Positions 48,800-58,569 of a stretch of DNA of 64,000 nucleotides are shown in pieces; positions within the stretch are counted from its first letter, which is position 1, and every line of letters starts with the position of its first letter. A model generated the notes under the pieces. That model saw only the letters and a program-made list of their open reading frames with translations. It was not told where the DNA came from and ran no database searches. The DNA comes from Nitrospirota bacterium (GTDB lineage: Bacteria > Nitrospirota > JACRHJ01): the NCBI GenBank assembly GCA_963698885.1, contig CAVOSJ010000003.1, forward strand, positions 463,107-527,106, read 5' to 3'. The position numbers and the translations under genes are program-made.

Positions 48800-49983
48800 T
48801 ACAGACTGACCCCCCTCATCTCCGCGACCTGGTTCACGTCCTTGTCGCCCCTGCCGGACAGGTTCACGATTAGAACCTGGCTCTTCTTCATTTTAGGCGC
48901 GCGCTTCACCGCTTCCGCAACCGCGTGAGAGGACTCAAGCGCCGGTATTATCCCTTCCGTCTGCGAGAGCAGGTCGAAGGCGGCCAGGGCCTCGTCGTCC
49001 GTGGCATAGGTATATTCAATCCTGCCCTTGTCGCGGTAGAAGCTGTGCTCCGGGCCTACGGATGCGTAGTCCAGCCCCGCGGATACCGAATGCGTCTCCA
49101 GTACCTGGCCTTCGTCGTCCTGCAGAAGCCAGCTCTTCGTCCCCTGGAGGACGCCAAGCGAGCCGCCTGCGTACCGGGCGGCGTGCTTTCCGGATTTGAT
49201 GCCTTTGCCGCCCGCCTCGACGCCGACCATTTTGATATCGTCTTTCAGGAAGCGGAAGAAAAGCCCCATCGCGTTGCTGCCGCCGCCCACGCAGGCGATA
49301 AGCACGTCCGGCAGTTTCCCCTCGGCCTTCAATATCTGCGCCCTCGCCTCTTTCCCGATGACGGACTGAAAATCACGCACCATTACCGGGTACGGGTGCG
49401 GGCCGAATACCGTGCCCATTATGTAATGCGTGGTGCGGACGTTGGTCGTCCAGTCCCGTAGCGCCTCGGAGATGGCGTCCTTGAGCGTCTTGCTGCCCAG
49501 GTCCACAGGTACGACCTCGGCACCCAAAAGCTTCATCCGGAATACGTTCAACGCCTGGCGCCGCACGTCCTCCGTGCCCATGTATACTTCGCACTTAAGG
49601 CCCAGAAGCGCCGCCGCCGTAGCGGTCGCCACTCCATGCTGTCCCGCGCCGGTCTCCGCGATCACGCGCTTCTTCCCGATGCGTACGGCGAGCAGCGCCT
49701 GGCCGAGCGCGTTGTTTATCTTATGCGCCCCGGTATGAGCTAAGTCTTCGCGCTTCAGATATATCTTCGCCCCGCCGAGCTTTTTCGTGAGGCGCGCGCA
49801 ATAAAAAAGGGGCGTGGGCCTTCCGACGTAATTGGCGAGGTAGTAATCCAGTTCCCGCTTGAAAGCCGGGTCTTTTTTCGCCTTGTTGTATTCTTTTTCC
49901 AGCTCTAACAGTGCGGGCATAAGCGTCTCCGGCACGTACCTACCGCCGTATGGCCCGAAGTGCCCGCTTTTATCTGGCAGCAT
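48799..49983 (-). CDS. trpB: tryptophan synthase beta chain (TrpB1 type)
   Basis: The protein is 394 aa. The PLP-Lys motif is HTGAHKINN, and GGGSNAMG is also present. Confidence 0.96.
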   Translation of the reverse strand: MLPDKSGHFGPYGGRYVPETLMPALLELEKEYNKAKKDPAFKRELDYYLANYVGRPTPLFYCARLTKKLGGAKIYLKREDLAHTGAHKINNALGQALLAVRIGKKRVIAETGAGQHGVATATAAALLGLKCEVYMGTEDVRRQALNVFRMKLLGAEVVPVDLGSKTLKDAISEALRDWTTNVRTTHYIMGTVFGPHPYPVMVRDFQSVIGKEARAQILKAEGKLPDVLIACVGGGSNAMGLFFRFLKDDIKMVGVEAGGKGIKSGKHAARYAGGSLGVLQGTKSWLLQDDEGQVLETHSVSAGLDYASVGPEHSFYRDKGRIEYTYATDDEALAAFDLLSQTEGIIPALESSHAVAEAVKRAPKMKKSQVLIVNLSGRGDKDVNQVAEMRGVSL

Positions 49984-50055
49984 TTTAACGACCTTCTTTC
50001 AATAACGCCCCCTGCACCCCCTCTTATCTTAAGAGGGGGAACGAGGAGTAAGAAT

Positions 50056-50673
50056 TTACGATGCGGCCCTTGCCGCCAATATAAATTTCCGGACTGCCTC
50101 CGGGTCCTTCTTCCCCTTGGCGGCCTCGACGCCTGAAGACACGTCCACCGCGTACGGCCCTACTTTCCGGACGGCCTCGGCGACATTCTCCGGGTCGAGC
50201 CCGCCAGCGAGTATTATCCTGCCGAACGGTCTCGCGGCTACGGCTATGTCCCAATTGAAGGCGACGCCCGTGCCGCCCATCTCCTTCTCGGAATACGTAT
50301 CCAGCAGGAACGCCGCCGCGTCCGGATAATCCTTCAGCGCGTCCAGGCTTTCCATCCCCCGGATTTTGAAAGCCTTGAGATACGGCATCCCGAAGGAAGA
50401 GCAGTAATCCGGGCCTTCGGAGCCGTGGAACTGTAAAATCCCCACGCCGCTTTCATTGACGGCATGCTTCACGAAGTTTTCTTCCGCATCGGCGAAGACG
50501 CCGACGGTGGAAATAAACGGCGGCAGGGCGGCTATTATCTCTCCGGCCCTGGCAGGGTCTATGTACCTCGGACTTTCGTTGAAGAAGACGAACCCCAGCG
50601 CGTCCGCCCCGGCCAGGGCGGCGAACAGCGCGTCTTCAAGGTTCGTGATGCCGCATATTTTTACTTTAGTCAT
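50056..50673 (-). CDS. trpF: phosphoribosylanthranilate isomerase
   Basis: The 205-aa protein begins [15 protein letters not shown] and lies in the trp operon. Confidence 0.92.
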   Translation of the reverse strand: MTKVKICGITNLEDALFAALAGADALGFVFFNESPRYIDPARAGEIIAALPPFISTVGVFADAEENFVKHAVNESGVGILQFHGSEGPDYCSSFGMPYLKAFKIRGMESLDALKDYPDAAAFLLDTYSEKEMGGTGVAFNWDIAVAARPFGRIILAGGLDPENVAEAVRKVGPYAVDVSSGVEAAKGKKDPEAVRKFILAARAAS

Positions 50674-52025
50674 TATATTACCGGCAACTCAGCGAGTGCC
50701 TGCTTCATCTTGTCCACGTCGAACTCCGTGTCCTTCATTTTTCCGGAGTTGTACTCGTCATAAGCCGCGAGGTCGAAGATGCCGTGGCCTGAGAGGTTGA
50801 AGAAAATCGTCTTCTCCTTCCCCTCTTCACGCGCCTTTATCGCCTCGTCTATCGCGCCTTTTATCGCGTGCGAGGACTCCGGCGCCGGGATTATCCCTTC
50901 GGTCCTGGCGAAAGTCAACGCCGCCTCGAATATCTCGGTCTGATGGTACGATATGGCGTCTATCAGCCCGTCTTTGTAAAGCTGGCAGATTATCGGCGAA
51001 TCCGCATGGTAGCGGAGGCCGCCCGCATGGTCCCCCGGCGGAATGAAATTATGGCCCAGGGTATACATCATCATGAGCGGAGTCATCTGGGCGGTGTCGC
51101 CAAAGTCGTAGCGGAATTCGCCTTTCGTCAAGGTAGGGCAGGACGCGGGCTCCACCGCGACGACGCGAATGTCTTTTCCGTTAATCTTGTCCCGCATAAA
51201 CGGGAAGGATACGCCCGAGAGGTTGCTCCCGCCGCCGCATGCGGCGAGTATCACGTCCGGGTAATCGCCCGCCTTCTTGAACTGCTCCTGCGCCTCCAGG
51301 CCGATTATCGTCTGGTGCAGGCAGACGTGGTTCAACACGGAGCCAAGCGCGTAATTCGTGTCGGCGTGAGTCGCGGCGTCCTCTACCGCTTCGCTTATGG
51401 CCAGCCCCAGGCTCCCGGGATTTTCGTGGTCGGCGGCGAGCGCCTGACGTCCGGCGTTCGTGTGGTTGCTGGGAGACGCGAAAACCTTGCCGCCCCAGGT
51501 CTCCATCGCTATCCGCCTGTACGGCTTCTGCTTATAGCTGACCTTCACCATATAGACCGTCACGTCCAGGCCGAAAAACGCGCCCGAGAAGCACATCGCG
51601 CTCCCCCACTGCCCCGCCCCGGTCTCGGTTGCAATGCGTTTCATGCCCGCCTGCTTGTTATAATACGCCTGCGGGACGGCGGTGTTCGGCTTATGGCTTC
51701 CGGTGGGGTTTAACCCCTCGTGTTTATAATAAATTTTCGCGGGGGTCTTGAGCGCCTTTTCCAGCCTGTGGGCGCGGTAAAGAGGGGACGGCCGCCACAG
51801 GGAATAAATCTCCATCACCTCTTCCGGTATATCTATCCAGCGCTCCGTGGAGACTTCCTGCTCGATTAACGGCATGGGAAAAATCGCCGAGAGGTCGTCG
51901 GGCCCAATGGGCTGATGCGTGCCCGGGTGAAGAGGCGGGGCCGGCCTGTTGGGCATGTCCGCCATGATGTTATACCACTTCTTCGGCATCTCCTTCTCTG
52001 TCAGGATAATTTTCGTCTCTTTCAT
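50673..52025 (-). CDS. TrpB2-type tryptophan synthase beta-like protein
   Basis: The protein is 450 aa. It has the long N-terminal extension ([17 protein letters not shown]) and the [11 protein letters not shown] motif typical of the TrpB2 clade. Confidence 0.88.
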   Translation of the reverse strand: MKETKIILTEKEMPKKWYNIMADMPNRPAPPLHPGTHQPIGPDDLSAIFPMPLIEQEVSTERWIDIPEEVMEIYSLWRPSPLYRAHRLEKALKTPAKIYYKHEGLNPTGSHKPNTAVPQAYYNKQAGMKRIATETGAGQWGSAMCFSGAFFGLDVTVYMVKVSYKQKPYRRIAMETWGGKVFASPSNHTNAGRQALAADHENPGSLGLAISEAVEDAATHADTNYALGSVLNHVCLHQTIIGLEAQEQFKKAGDYPDVILAACGGGSNLSGVSFPFMRDKINGKDIRVVAVEPASCPTLTKGEFRYDFGDTAQMTPLMMMYTLGHNFIPPGDHAGGLRYHADSPIICQLYKDGLIDAISYHQTEIFEAALTFARTEGIIPAPESSHAIKGAIDEAIKAREEGKEKTIFFNLSGHGIFDLAAYDEYNSGKMKDTEFDVDKMKQALAELPVI

Positions 52026-52041
52026 TTATCCTCCGCTATGG

Positions 52042-52836
52042 TTAAAGCGCCGACTTCGGGCCGGTCAGTTCCCGCAACTTTTTGCCGAAATCCGTCTCTC
52101 GCATGAGCGCCTCGCCTATGAGGGCCGCGTCCGCGCCGACCGATTTCAGGAACTTTAAATCGTCCCTTGTGGAAATCCCGGACTCGCTCACAACGATCCG
52201 GTCCATCGGTATCTCTTCGATCAAGTATTCCGTATTCTTTATGTCCACCTCGAAGCTCTTCAGGTCGCGGTTGTTTATGCCGATTATTTTAAATGTCAGG
52301 TCCAGTATTTTTCCCAGGTCGTCCTCGTCATGCGCCTCCGCCAAGGCCTCCATCCCGAGCTCTTTACCCAGGAGGTAGAGGTCTTCCATCTGGTCCCGTT
52401 CGAGGATGGAAGCGATGAGCAAAATGGCGTCCGCGCCATTGGCGCGCGCTTCATATACCTGGTATTCGTCGAATATAAAATCTTTACGGAGCACCGGGAT
52501 GCCTATGCTGCCCGATATCCATTTGAGATAGCCGATGTCGCCCTTGAAATATTTTTTTTCAGTTAACACGGACACTGCCCGCGCCCCGTTCTCCTCATAC
52601 ACGCGGGCGATGGTGACGGGGTCGAAGTCCGGGCGGATGAGGCCCTTTGAAGGCGAGGCTTTCTTTACTTCTGCTATTATCGAAACCGCGTCCGCATTTA
52701 TTAATGCGGCGGCGAAATCCATTACGGGACGTCCTTCGGCCAGCATCGCCTTGACTTCACTCAGCGGCAGGCGGCTCTTAATGTCCTTAAGCTCTTCTAT
52801 TTTGTCCGCAACTATCCTGTCTAAAATCACCTGCAC
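52042..52836 (-). CDS. trpC: indole-3-glycerol-phosphate synthase (GTG start)
   Basis: The 264-aa protein contains IIAEVKKASPSKG and LRKDFI motifs. Confidence 0.93.
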   Translation of the reverse strand: MQVILDRIVADKIEELKDIKSRLPLSEVKAMLAEGRPVMDFAAALINADAVSIIAEVKKASPSKGLIRPDFDPVTIARVYEENGARAVSVLTEKKYFKGDIGYLKWISGSIGIPVLRKDFIFDEYQVYEARANGADAILLIASILERDQMEDLYLLGKELGMEALAEAHDEDDLGKILDLTFKIIGINNRDLKSFEVDIKNTEYLIEEIPMDRIVVSESGISTRDDLKFLKSVGADAALIGEALMRETDFGKKLRELTGPKSAL

Positions 52837-52962
52837 CTCAAAGTGAATTCAACAGCCCGTCATGCGGGCGCAGCCTGAGGGACCCGCCGCAAAATTTTAA
52901 AGCAAATTCAAACTAAGTTCCCAAGGCTGCGCCCGACTGACAAGTTCTACGCGCAGGGCCTC

Positions 52963-53085
52963 TTATAAACTCGCCAGTATCGCGGAATTAAGGTCCTGCT
53001 TCTTCGTCTCTTCGATGCATCTTAAATCGTCGAGATTTTCCAAGTGCTCCAGTATTGCGGCTTCCTGATTCTTCGTGTTGCTCAT
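52963..53085 (-). CDS. 40-codon ORF inside the trpD-trpC spacer (hypothetical)
   Basis: An AAGGAGGG SD lies 7 nt upstream of the ATG. The sequence is MSNTKNQEAAILEHLENLDDLRCIEETKKQDLNSAILASL*. The ORF is below the length cutoff of the ORF track. Confidence 0.35.
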   Translation of the reverse strand: MSNTKNQEAAILEHLENLDDLRCIEETKKQDLNSAILASL

Positions 53086-53155
53086 AGAATTACCCTCCTT
53101 CTTTTTTACCCATTACTACTCGTGCCTGACAAACTGCGTCAGGCTTCCCCGCCAC

Positions 53156-54202
53156 TCACACGAACTCAATCAAAGTCTGTAATTTATTCAGCGCCGCCCC
53201 GGAATCTATCGACTCGGAGGCTTTCGTTATTCCTTCGGCAAGCGACGATGCGGCGCCGCCGACATAAATCGCCGCGCCTGCGTTTAAAAGGACGATATCG
53301 CGCCTCGGCCCTTTTTCGCCTTTTAAGACCGAAACCGTAATCGCCGCGTTACTCGCCGCGTCTCCGCCCAGTATGCCTTCGGCTGAAGAAAGTTCAATCC
53401 CATAATCGCGCGGGTCGAGGATGAACGTATGCACGCCCGCGTCCTTCACCTCGGAGACCCTGCTCTCGCGCGTGACGGTAATCTCGTCCAGCCCGTCCAT
53501 CCCGTGCACCACCATCGCCCGCTTCGTGCCCAGGTTCAAGAGAACGTGCGCGAGCTTTTCCGTCAGGTCGGCCTCATAGACCCCCATCACCTGGGCGTTC
53601 GCGCCCGCCGGGTTGGAGAGAGGGCCCAGGAGGTTGAACATGGTCCTGATGCCTATCTCGCGCCGGGGGATGAGGGCGTATTTCATCGCCGAGTGCAGAA
53701 GCGGCGCGTAGAGAAAGCCTATGCCGATTTCATCCACGCACCTGCCGACTTCTTCCGGCGAAAGTTCGAGGTTCACGCCAAGCTCGCCTAAGACATCCGC
53801 GCTGCCGCAGCACGACGATACCGCGCGGTTCCCGTGCTTCGCCACCTTTATCCCCGCGCCCGCCGCGACAAAAGCGCAGGTGGTGGATATATTGAACGTG
53901 CCGGTAGAGTCCCCGCCGGTGCCGCAGGTGTCGAGGATGGTTTCCTCGTCCAGGTTGATATCGTCGCAGTCGATGGATAAGGGGCGGGATTTAAGAGGTA
54001 TCCGGGTGGCCTTCCTGCGCATTACGCGGGCCGCGCCGGTTATCTCGTCAATGGTCTCGCCTTTCATCCTGAGCGCGGTGATGAACGAGGCAATCAGCAC
54101 ATGAGATGCTTCGCCGTCCATTATCTCGCGCATCGCCGTCTCCATCTCCTCCTGGGAGAGGTTCCGGCGCTCGACGACTTTTAATATGGCTTCTTTTATC
54201 AC
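53156..54202 (-). CDS. trpD: anthranilate phosphoribosyltransferase
   Basis: The 348-aa protein contains the GTGGD and KHGNRA motifs. Confidence 0.95.
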   Translation of the reverse strand: MIKEAILKVVERRNLSQEEMETAMREIMDGEASHVLIASFITALRMKGETIDEITGAARVMRRKATRIPLKSRPLSIDCDDINLDEETILDTCGTGGDSTGTFNISTTCAFVAAGAGIKVAKHGNRAVSSCCGSADVLGELGVNLELSPEEVGRCVDEIGIGFLYAPLLHSAMKYALIPRREIGIRTMFNLLGPLSNPAGANAQVMGVYEADLTEKLAHVLLNLGTKRAMVVHGMDGLDEITVTRESRVSEVKDAGVHTFILDPRDYGIELSSAEGILGGDAASNAAITVSVLKGEKGPRRDIVLLNAGAAIYVGGAASSLAEGITKASESIDSGAALNKLQTLIEFV

Positions 54203-54774
54203 TTGGCCCTCATCAATCTCAGAAAGTTTCTGAGTATGTCCTTGCCCGGGCGGGTCAGGATGGATTCCGGGTGGAACTGGACGCCCTCAACAAAATATTC
54301 CTTATGCCGAAGCGCCATTATCTCGCCCTGCTCCGTCTCAGCCGATACCTCCAGGCAATCAGGCAGAGTCTCGCGCTTTACAATCAGGGAGTGGTAGCGC
54401 GTGGCCTCGAAAGGGTTTTCGATGTCTTTGAATATCGTCCTGCCGTCATGGCGTACCATGGACGTCTTGCCGTGCATGAGCCTGGCTGCCCGGACGACGT
54501 CTCCGCCGAACGCCTCGCCTATGGACTGATGCCCCAGGCATACGCCCAGGATGGGTATCTTCCCCGCGAAACGCTTTATGGTGTCCACCGAGATGCCCGC
54601 CTCTTTCGGGGTGCACGGGCCGGGTGATATGACGATGCCTTCCGGCTGAAGGTCCGCTATCTCGTCCAGCGTTATCTTGTCGTTCCTGAAGACCTTCAGC
54701 TCCTCGCCCAGTTCCCCGAAATATTGGACGAGGTTATACGTGAAGGAGTCGTAGTTGTCGATCATCAAAAGCAT
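54199..54774 (-). CDS. trpG: anthranilate synthase component II (glutamine amidotransferase)
   Basis: The protein is 191 aa. The GVCLGHQ nucleophile motif and the HPES motif are present. Confidence 0.94.
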   Translation of the reverse strand: MLLMIDNYDSFTYNLVQYFGELGEELKVFRNDKITLDEIADLQPEGIVISPGPCTPKEAGISVDTIKRFAGKIPILGVCLGHQSIGEAFGGDVVRAARLMHGKTSMVRHDGRTIFKDIENPFEATRYHSLIVKRETLPDCLEVSAETEQGEIMALRHKEYFVEGVQFHPESILTRPGKDILRNFLRLMRAK

Positions 54775-54822
54775 ATGTTACCCCTTATTCGCCGCCTCAC
54801 AGACTCTCTACCGGACAGCGCC

Positions 54823-56295
54823 CTATAGCCCCTTCTCCGCCATTTCGAGCGCCTTCATCATTGCGGCGGCCTTATTCACCGTCTCGATATATTCCGTCTC
54901 CGGCACGGAGTCCGCGACCAGCCCCGCCCCCGCCTGCACATAGACCTTGCCGTCTTTGAAGAGGAGCGTCCTTATCGTTATGCAGGTGTCCATGTTGCCT
55001 GTGAAGCTGAAATACCCGACCGCGCCCGCGTAAGGGCCGCGCCTGGTCGGCTCCAGCTCGTCTATTATCTGCATGGCGCGTATCTTGGGCGCGCCGGATA
55101 CCGTGCCCGCCGGGAAGCACGCCTTCATGACGTCATATGCGTCCTGGCTATCACTCAGCTCGCCCCGGACGTTTGAGACTATGTGCATGACATGAGAATA
55201 TTTCTCTATGACCATCAGTTCGTTCACGGCGACCTTACCCGGCTTCGATACCCTACCCACGTCGTTTCGGCCCAGGTCGACCAGCATTATGTGCTCGGCG
55301 CACTCCTTGGGGTCGGCCAGGAGTTCCTTAGTCAGCGCCTCGTCTTCTTCCTCGGTGGCCCCTCTTTTTCTGGTCCCCGCGATAGGCCGAAGGTCTATCC
55401 GCGAGCCTTCCACCCGGACCATCACTTCGGGCGAGGAGCCGGACAGGACGAAGTCCCCGCAGTTCAGGTAGAACATATAAGGCGACGGGTTTATCACCCG
55501 GAGCGCCCTGTACACGTCGAACGGGTCGATTGTCGCCTTCTCCTCGAACCTCTGGGAGAGCACGACCTGAAAGATGTCGCCCGCCTTGATATATTCCTTC
55601 GCGGCCCTTACGGCATTTTCGAAATTCTTTTTTGTAAAGCTGGATTTAAGTTTTCCGGTAATCTTCGCCCTGGGCTTTTTACGCTTCGGCTGCTTCCCCT
55701 TCAGGGTTTCCACCAGGGCGTCGATTTTAATTTTCGCCTCTTCGTACGCCGCTTCCGGGCCCGCCTCCCCGACGTGCGCGTTCGCCACTACCTTTATCTT
55801 CTGCGCGACATTGTCGAATATCAGCAGGGTGTCCGTCAGCATGAAGAAGAGGTCCGGGCAGTCCACTCCCGGTTTTTCTCTTGTCCCGATATTCTCCAGG
55901 AAGCTAACTACGTCATAGCCCGCGTACCCGACCGCGCCGCCGAAAAAGCGCGGCAGGCCAGGGACCGGGACCGGGCGGTACTGTGCCATCGTCTCCTTCA
56001 GGAATTCTACCGGGTCAGCCGTGAGTTCTCTTTCTTCCGTAGACCCTTTTGTTTCTATGAACCCCTTATTGCCGGAGGTGCGGACTATAACGGACGGGTC
56101 TGCCCCGAGGAAGGAATATCTTGCCCATTTTTCGCCTCCCTCGACGCTCTCCAAGAGGAACGAATACCGGCCTGAATCTATTTTAAGGAAGGCGGAGACG
56201 GGCGTAAGCATGTCCGCGAGCATTTCGCGATATACGGGGACGAGGTTTCCCTGCCCGGCCTTTTTCTTGAATTCCTTGATATCCGGATAATACAT
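54823..56295 (-). CDS. trpE: anthranilate synthase component I
   Basis: The ATG at 56295 gives MYYPDIKEFKKKAGQGNLVPVYRE..LTPVSAF. The C-terminal chorismate-binding domain carries GAVGY and GAGLVADS. Confidence 0.94.
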   Translation of the reverse strand: MYYPDIKEFKKKAGQGNLVPVYREMLADMLTPVSAFLKIDSGRYSFLLESVEGGEKWARYSFLGADPSVIVRTSGNKGFIETKGSTEERELTADPVEFLKETMAQYRPVPVPGLPRFFGGAVGYAGYDVVSFLENIGTREKPGVDCPDLFFMLTDTLLIFDNVAQKIKVVANAHVGEAGPEAAYEEAKIKIDALVETLKGKQPKRKKPRAKITGKLKSSFTKKNFENAVRAAKEYIKAGDIFQVVLSQRFEEKATIDPFDVYRALRVINPSPYMFYLNCGDFVLSGSSPEVMVRVEGSRIDLRPIAGTRKRGATEEEDEALTKELLADPKECAEHIMLVDLGRNDVGRVSKPGKVAVNELMVIEKYSHVMHIVSNVRGELSDSQDAYDVMKACFPAGTVSGAPKIRAMQIIDELEPTRRGPYAGAVGYFSFTGNMDTCITIRTLLFKDGKVYVQAGAGLVADSVPETEYIETVNKAAAMMKALEMAEKGL

Positions 56296-56454
56296 AGGCT
56301 TGACAAATAAAGGTTGCGTTGTTTTAATTAAGTATAACTTTTTTATTTTGACCGGATGCTTTTCCGGGCCTCTCCCGGGCACTGGAAACTTAGCACGTCC
56401 GGGTTTAAGTGTCAAGGACTTAAAGCTTTTTACCCAGGCAAGGGAGGGACGGAG

Positions 56455-57036
56455 ATGAGAAGATATTTTATCGGGAAAAGCTTTCAGTCAAAGTTAATCA
56501 TGAAAGCCTTCCTCCTCACCGTGGCTTCCGAAATCCTCTTCTGCGCCGCTGTCTATTTTGTTCTAAGGAAAGATATTCAAGGCGGATTCCCCGCCGCCCT
56601 TCAAACCGTCAGGTCTTTCCGGTTCAGCGTGCCATCCGCAATCGGTCTGTCCGAGACCGCCGTTTTGCCGCTTCTCGCGCTTGGTATCGCGGTTATAGGC
56701 CTCCTGATGTCGCATAAGCTGGCCGGCCCCCTCTGGAAGGTAGAGAAGACGGCGCGCATGGTAGCGGAGGGCAACCTCTCGCATAACCTTACCCTGAGGG
56801 ACAACGACGAGGTCCAGGAGTTCGCCCGGCAGGTGAACGGCATGGTGAAGGGACTCAGGCAGAAGGTATGCAGAATAGAGGTGGCATACCTGCAGCTGGA
56901 TAGCTGCGCCCGGAGGCTGCGGGATAAATCGCCCCTTGGCATGTCGGCGACAGAGCGTGCGGAGACCCTGCGTGAGATACATCTTGCCGCTGGCGAACTC
57001 GTCGAGAGATTAGATGCCATAAAGACGTCAAACTGA
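56455..57036 (+). CDS. HAMP-only membrane protein (2 TM + HAMP + short coiled coil), paralogue 1
   Basis: The ATG at 56455 is preceded by AGGGAGGGACGGAG. The N-terminus reads MRRYFIGKSFQSKL, two TM helices follow, and the HAMP domain reads SHKLAGPLWKVEKTARMVAEGNLSHNL..DEVQEFARQVNGMV. No output domain is present. Confidence 0.75.
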   Translation: MRRYFIGKSFQSKLIMKAFLLTVASEILFCAAVYFVLRKDIQGGFPAALQTVRSFRFSVPSAIGLSETAVLPLLALGIAVIGLLMSHKLAGPLWKVEKTARMVAEGNLSHNLTLRDNDEVQEFARQVNGMVKGLRQKVCRIEVAYLQLDSCARRLRDKSPLGMSATERAETLREIHLAAGELVERLDAIKTSN

Positions 57037-57049
57037 CGGGGACAATAGA

Positions 57050-57949
57050 ATGCGCCGCATCTTCATAATCGCACTTTTAACGACGGCCGTCGCCGCCGCC
57101 GCTTTCGCTGTCGAATTCGATAGCAGGTCGAACCCGCACGAGTTCGCCCGGACGGACTGCTTCTACTGCCACGTTACCCTCCCGCCCAAGGGGACGCCAG
57201 GCGAGGGACCGCTCCGTTTCACGGACACTATCTCTAATATGTGCGCGCGCTGCCACGACATGTCCAAAAGCATATCCCACCAGGTGAACATGAGGCCGTC
57301 GGACCGGGTGAACATACCCAGGGATATGCCGCTGGACGCGGACGGAAAGATGACCTGCGCGACCTGCCACGACATCCACAGGGCATACGTCAATCCCCTC
57401 ACCGGCCAGAAGACATATTTCCTCCGCCGCGACGTCATCGGCAAGAACTTCTGCTTATCCTGCCATAATACGGAAGAAGGGATAAGGCAGATACAGCTGG
57501 CGTCGATAGGGCCGGACGCGAACACGACGGCCCTTACAGACTCGCACAGGACGGTGATGGAAAAGGGCCACGGGTTCGCCCGTTTCAAGGTTTCGGACAA
57601 GAGCGAAGACCTGGACCCGCTCTCGCTTGCCTGCCTGGACTGTCACGGCGGCGCATCCCCGAAGACGACCCTGGGTGAAGGCGTCTGGCCCCATTCGACT
57701 TCCTGCATCGGCCTCTCTCACCCGATAGGCGTCGATTACTCGTTGGCGACAATGGGGAACGCCGGTTACGTCCCGGAAGAGAAACTGGATAAGAGGCTCC
57801 GTCTTTTTGACGGGAAAATCGGCTGCTGCACCTGCCACGACCCTTATGCGGCTGAAGGGAAGACGCTGGTAATAGGTGCCCGCGGGAGCTTCCAGGGCCT
57901 CTGCCTCGCCTGCCATAAGGAGTTAAGGAGTGAACCAAATGCAAAATAA
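57050..57949 (+). CDS. periplasmic heptahaem c-type cytochrome
   Basis: A signal peptide is present (MRRIFIIALLTTAVAAAAFA). Seven CxxCH motifs follow: CFYCH, CARCH, CATCH, CLSCH, CLDCH, CCTCH and CLACH. Confidence 0.88.
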   Translation: MRRIFIIALLTTAVAAAAFAVEFDSRSNPHEFARTDCFYCHVTLPPKGTPGEGPLRFTDTISNMCARCHDMSKSISHQVNMRPSDRVNIPRDMPLDADGKMTCATCHDIHRAYVNPLTGQKTYFLRRDVIGKNFCLSCHNTEEGIRQIQLASIGPDANTTALTDSHRTVMEKGHGFARFKVSDKSEDLDPLSLACLDCHGGASPKTTLGEGVWPHSTSCIGLSHPIGVDYSLATMGNAGYVPEEKLDKRLRLFDGKIGCCTCHDPYAAEGKTLVIGARGSFQGLCLACHKELRSEPNAK

Positions 57950-58520
57950 TGACTGGAGGAGACGGAACTATTTCATCAAAAAGGGATTTCAGTCGCGGTT
58001 CGTGGCCAGGTTTTTGATAGTTGCCGTAGCGGGGTTCGCGGCGGCGGGATACCTGGTTTACCGCTCCGTGGAAAGGAGCGCGGAAGAAGTATTCTACAGC
58101 AACCACTTCCGGCTCACAAGCACATCGGATATGGTAATCCCCGCCCTCTTGAAGGTAAATTTATTAGCAGTCCTGCTGATTGTCGCGGCGGTTTCAATAG
58201 TGGTGCTGGTGGTATCCCACAGGCTTGCGGGACCGATATTCCGGCTTGGGAAGGCGGCGGAGCGAATAGGCAGGGGCGACCTGACGGGTAGTTTTGAGCT
58301 ACGGGCCAAGGACGAGATAAAAAGTCTCTCCGACTCGTTTAAAGAGATGAACGGCAGCCTGCGCGTGCAGTTCGCGGACATGAAGCGTGAAGCCTCCGCA
58401 ATTGAGTCATACTCGAAAAAGATGCTCGAAAGAGACTGCATAACCAGGGAGGAGTCGGAGGATTTCTACCGGCTCTCGTGTGTTTTCGGAAAAAGACTTG
58501 AGAAATTCGTAGTCAGATAG
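57938..58520 (+). CDS. HAMP-only membrane protein, paralogue 2
   Basis: The ATG at 57938 lies 8 nt after AAGGAG. The N-terminus reads ..RRRNYFIKKGFQSRF, two TM helices follow, and the HAMP domain reads SHRLAGPIFRLGKAAERIGRGDLTGSF..DEIKSLSDSFKEMN. The gene overlaps the cytochrome gene by 12 nt. Confidence 0.75.
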
Positions 58521-58569
58521 GTTAGAATAAAGAAGTGTAAACTTTTTAGCATTAAGAGCGTCTATTAGA

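Noticed and set aside
56370-56395. Sigma-54 promoter (GGCAC...TTAGCA) upstream of the HAMP-cytochrome cassette
   Set aside because: The spacing does not fit GG-N10-GC in any register.
56296-56454. Classical trp leader peptide or attenuator upstream of trpE
   Set aside because: The leader has no small ORF with Trp codons. Two mutually exclusive short hairpins, CCGGG/CCCGG and CCGGA/TCCGG, are present but neither is followed by a U-tract. A TTGACA-17-TAAGTT promoter is plausible. Regulation remains unknown.
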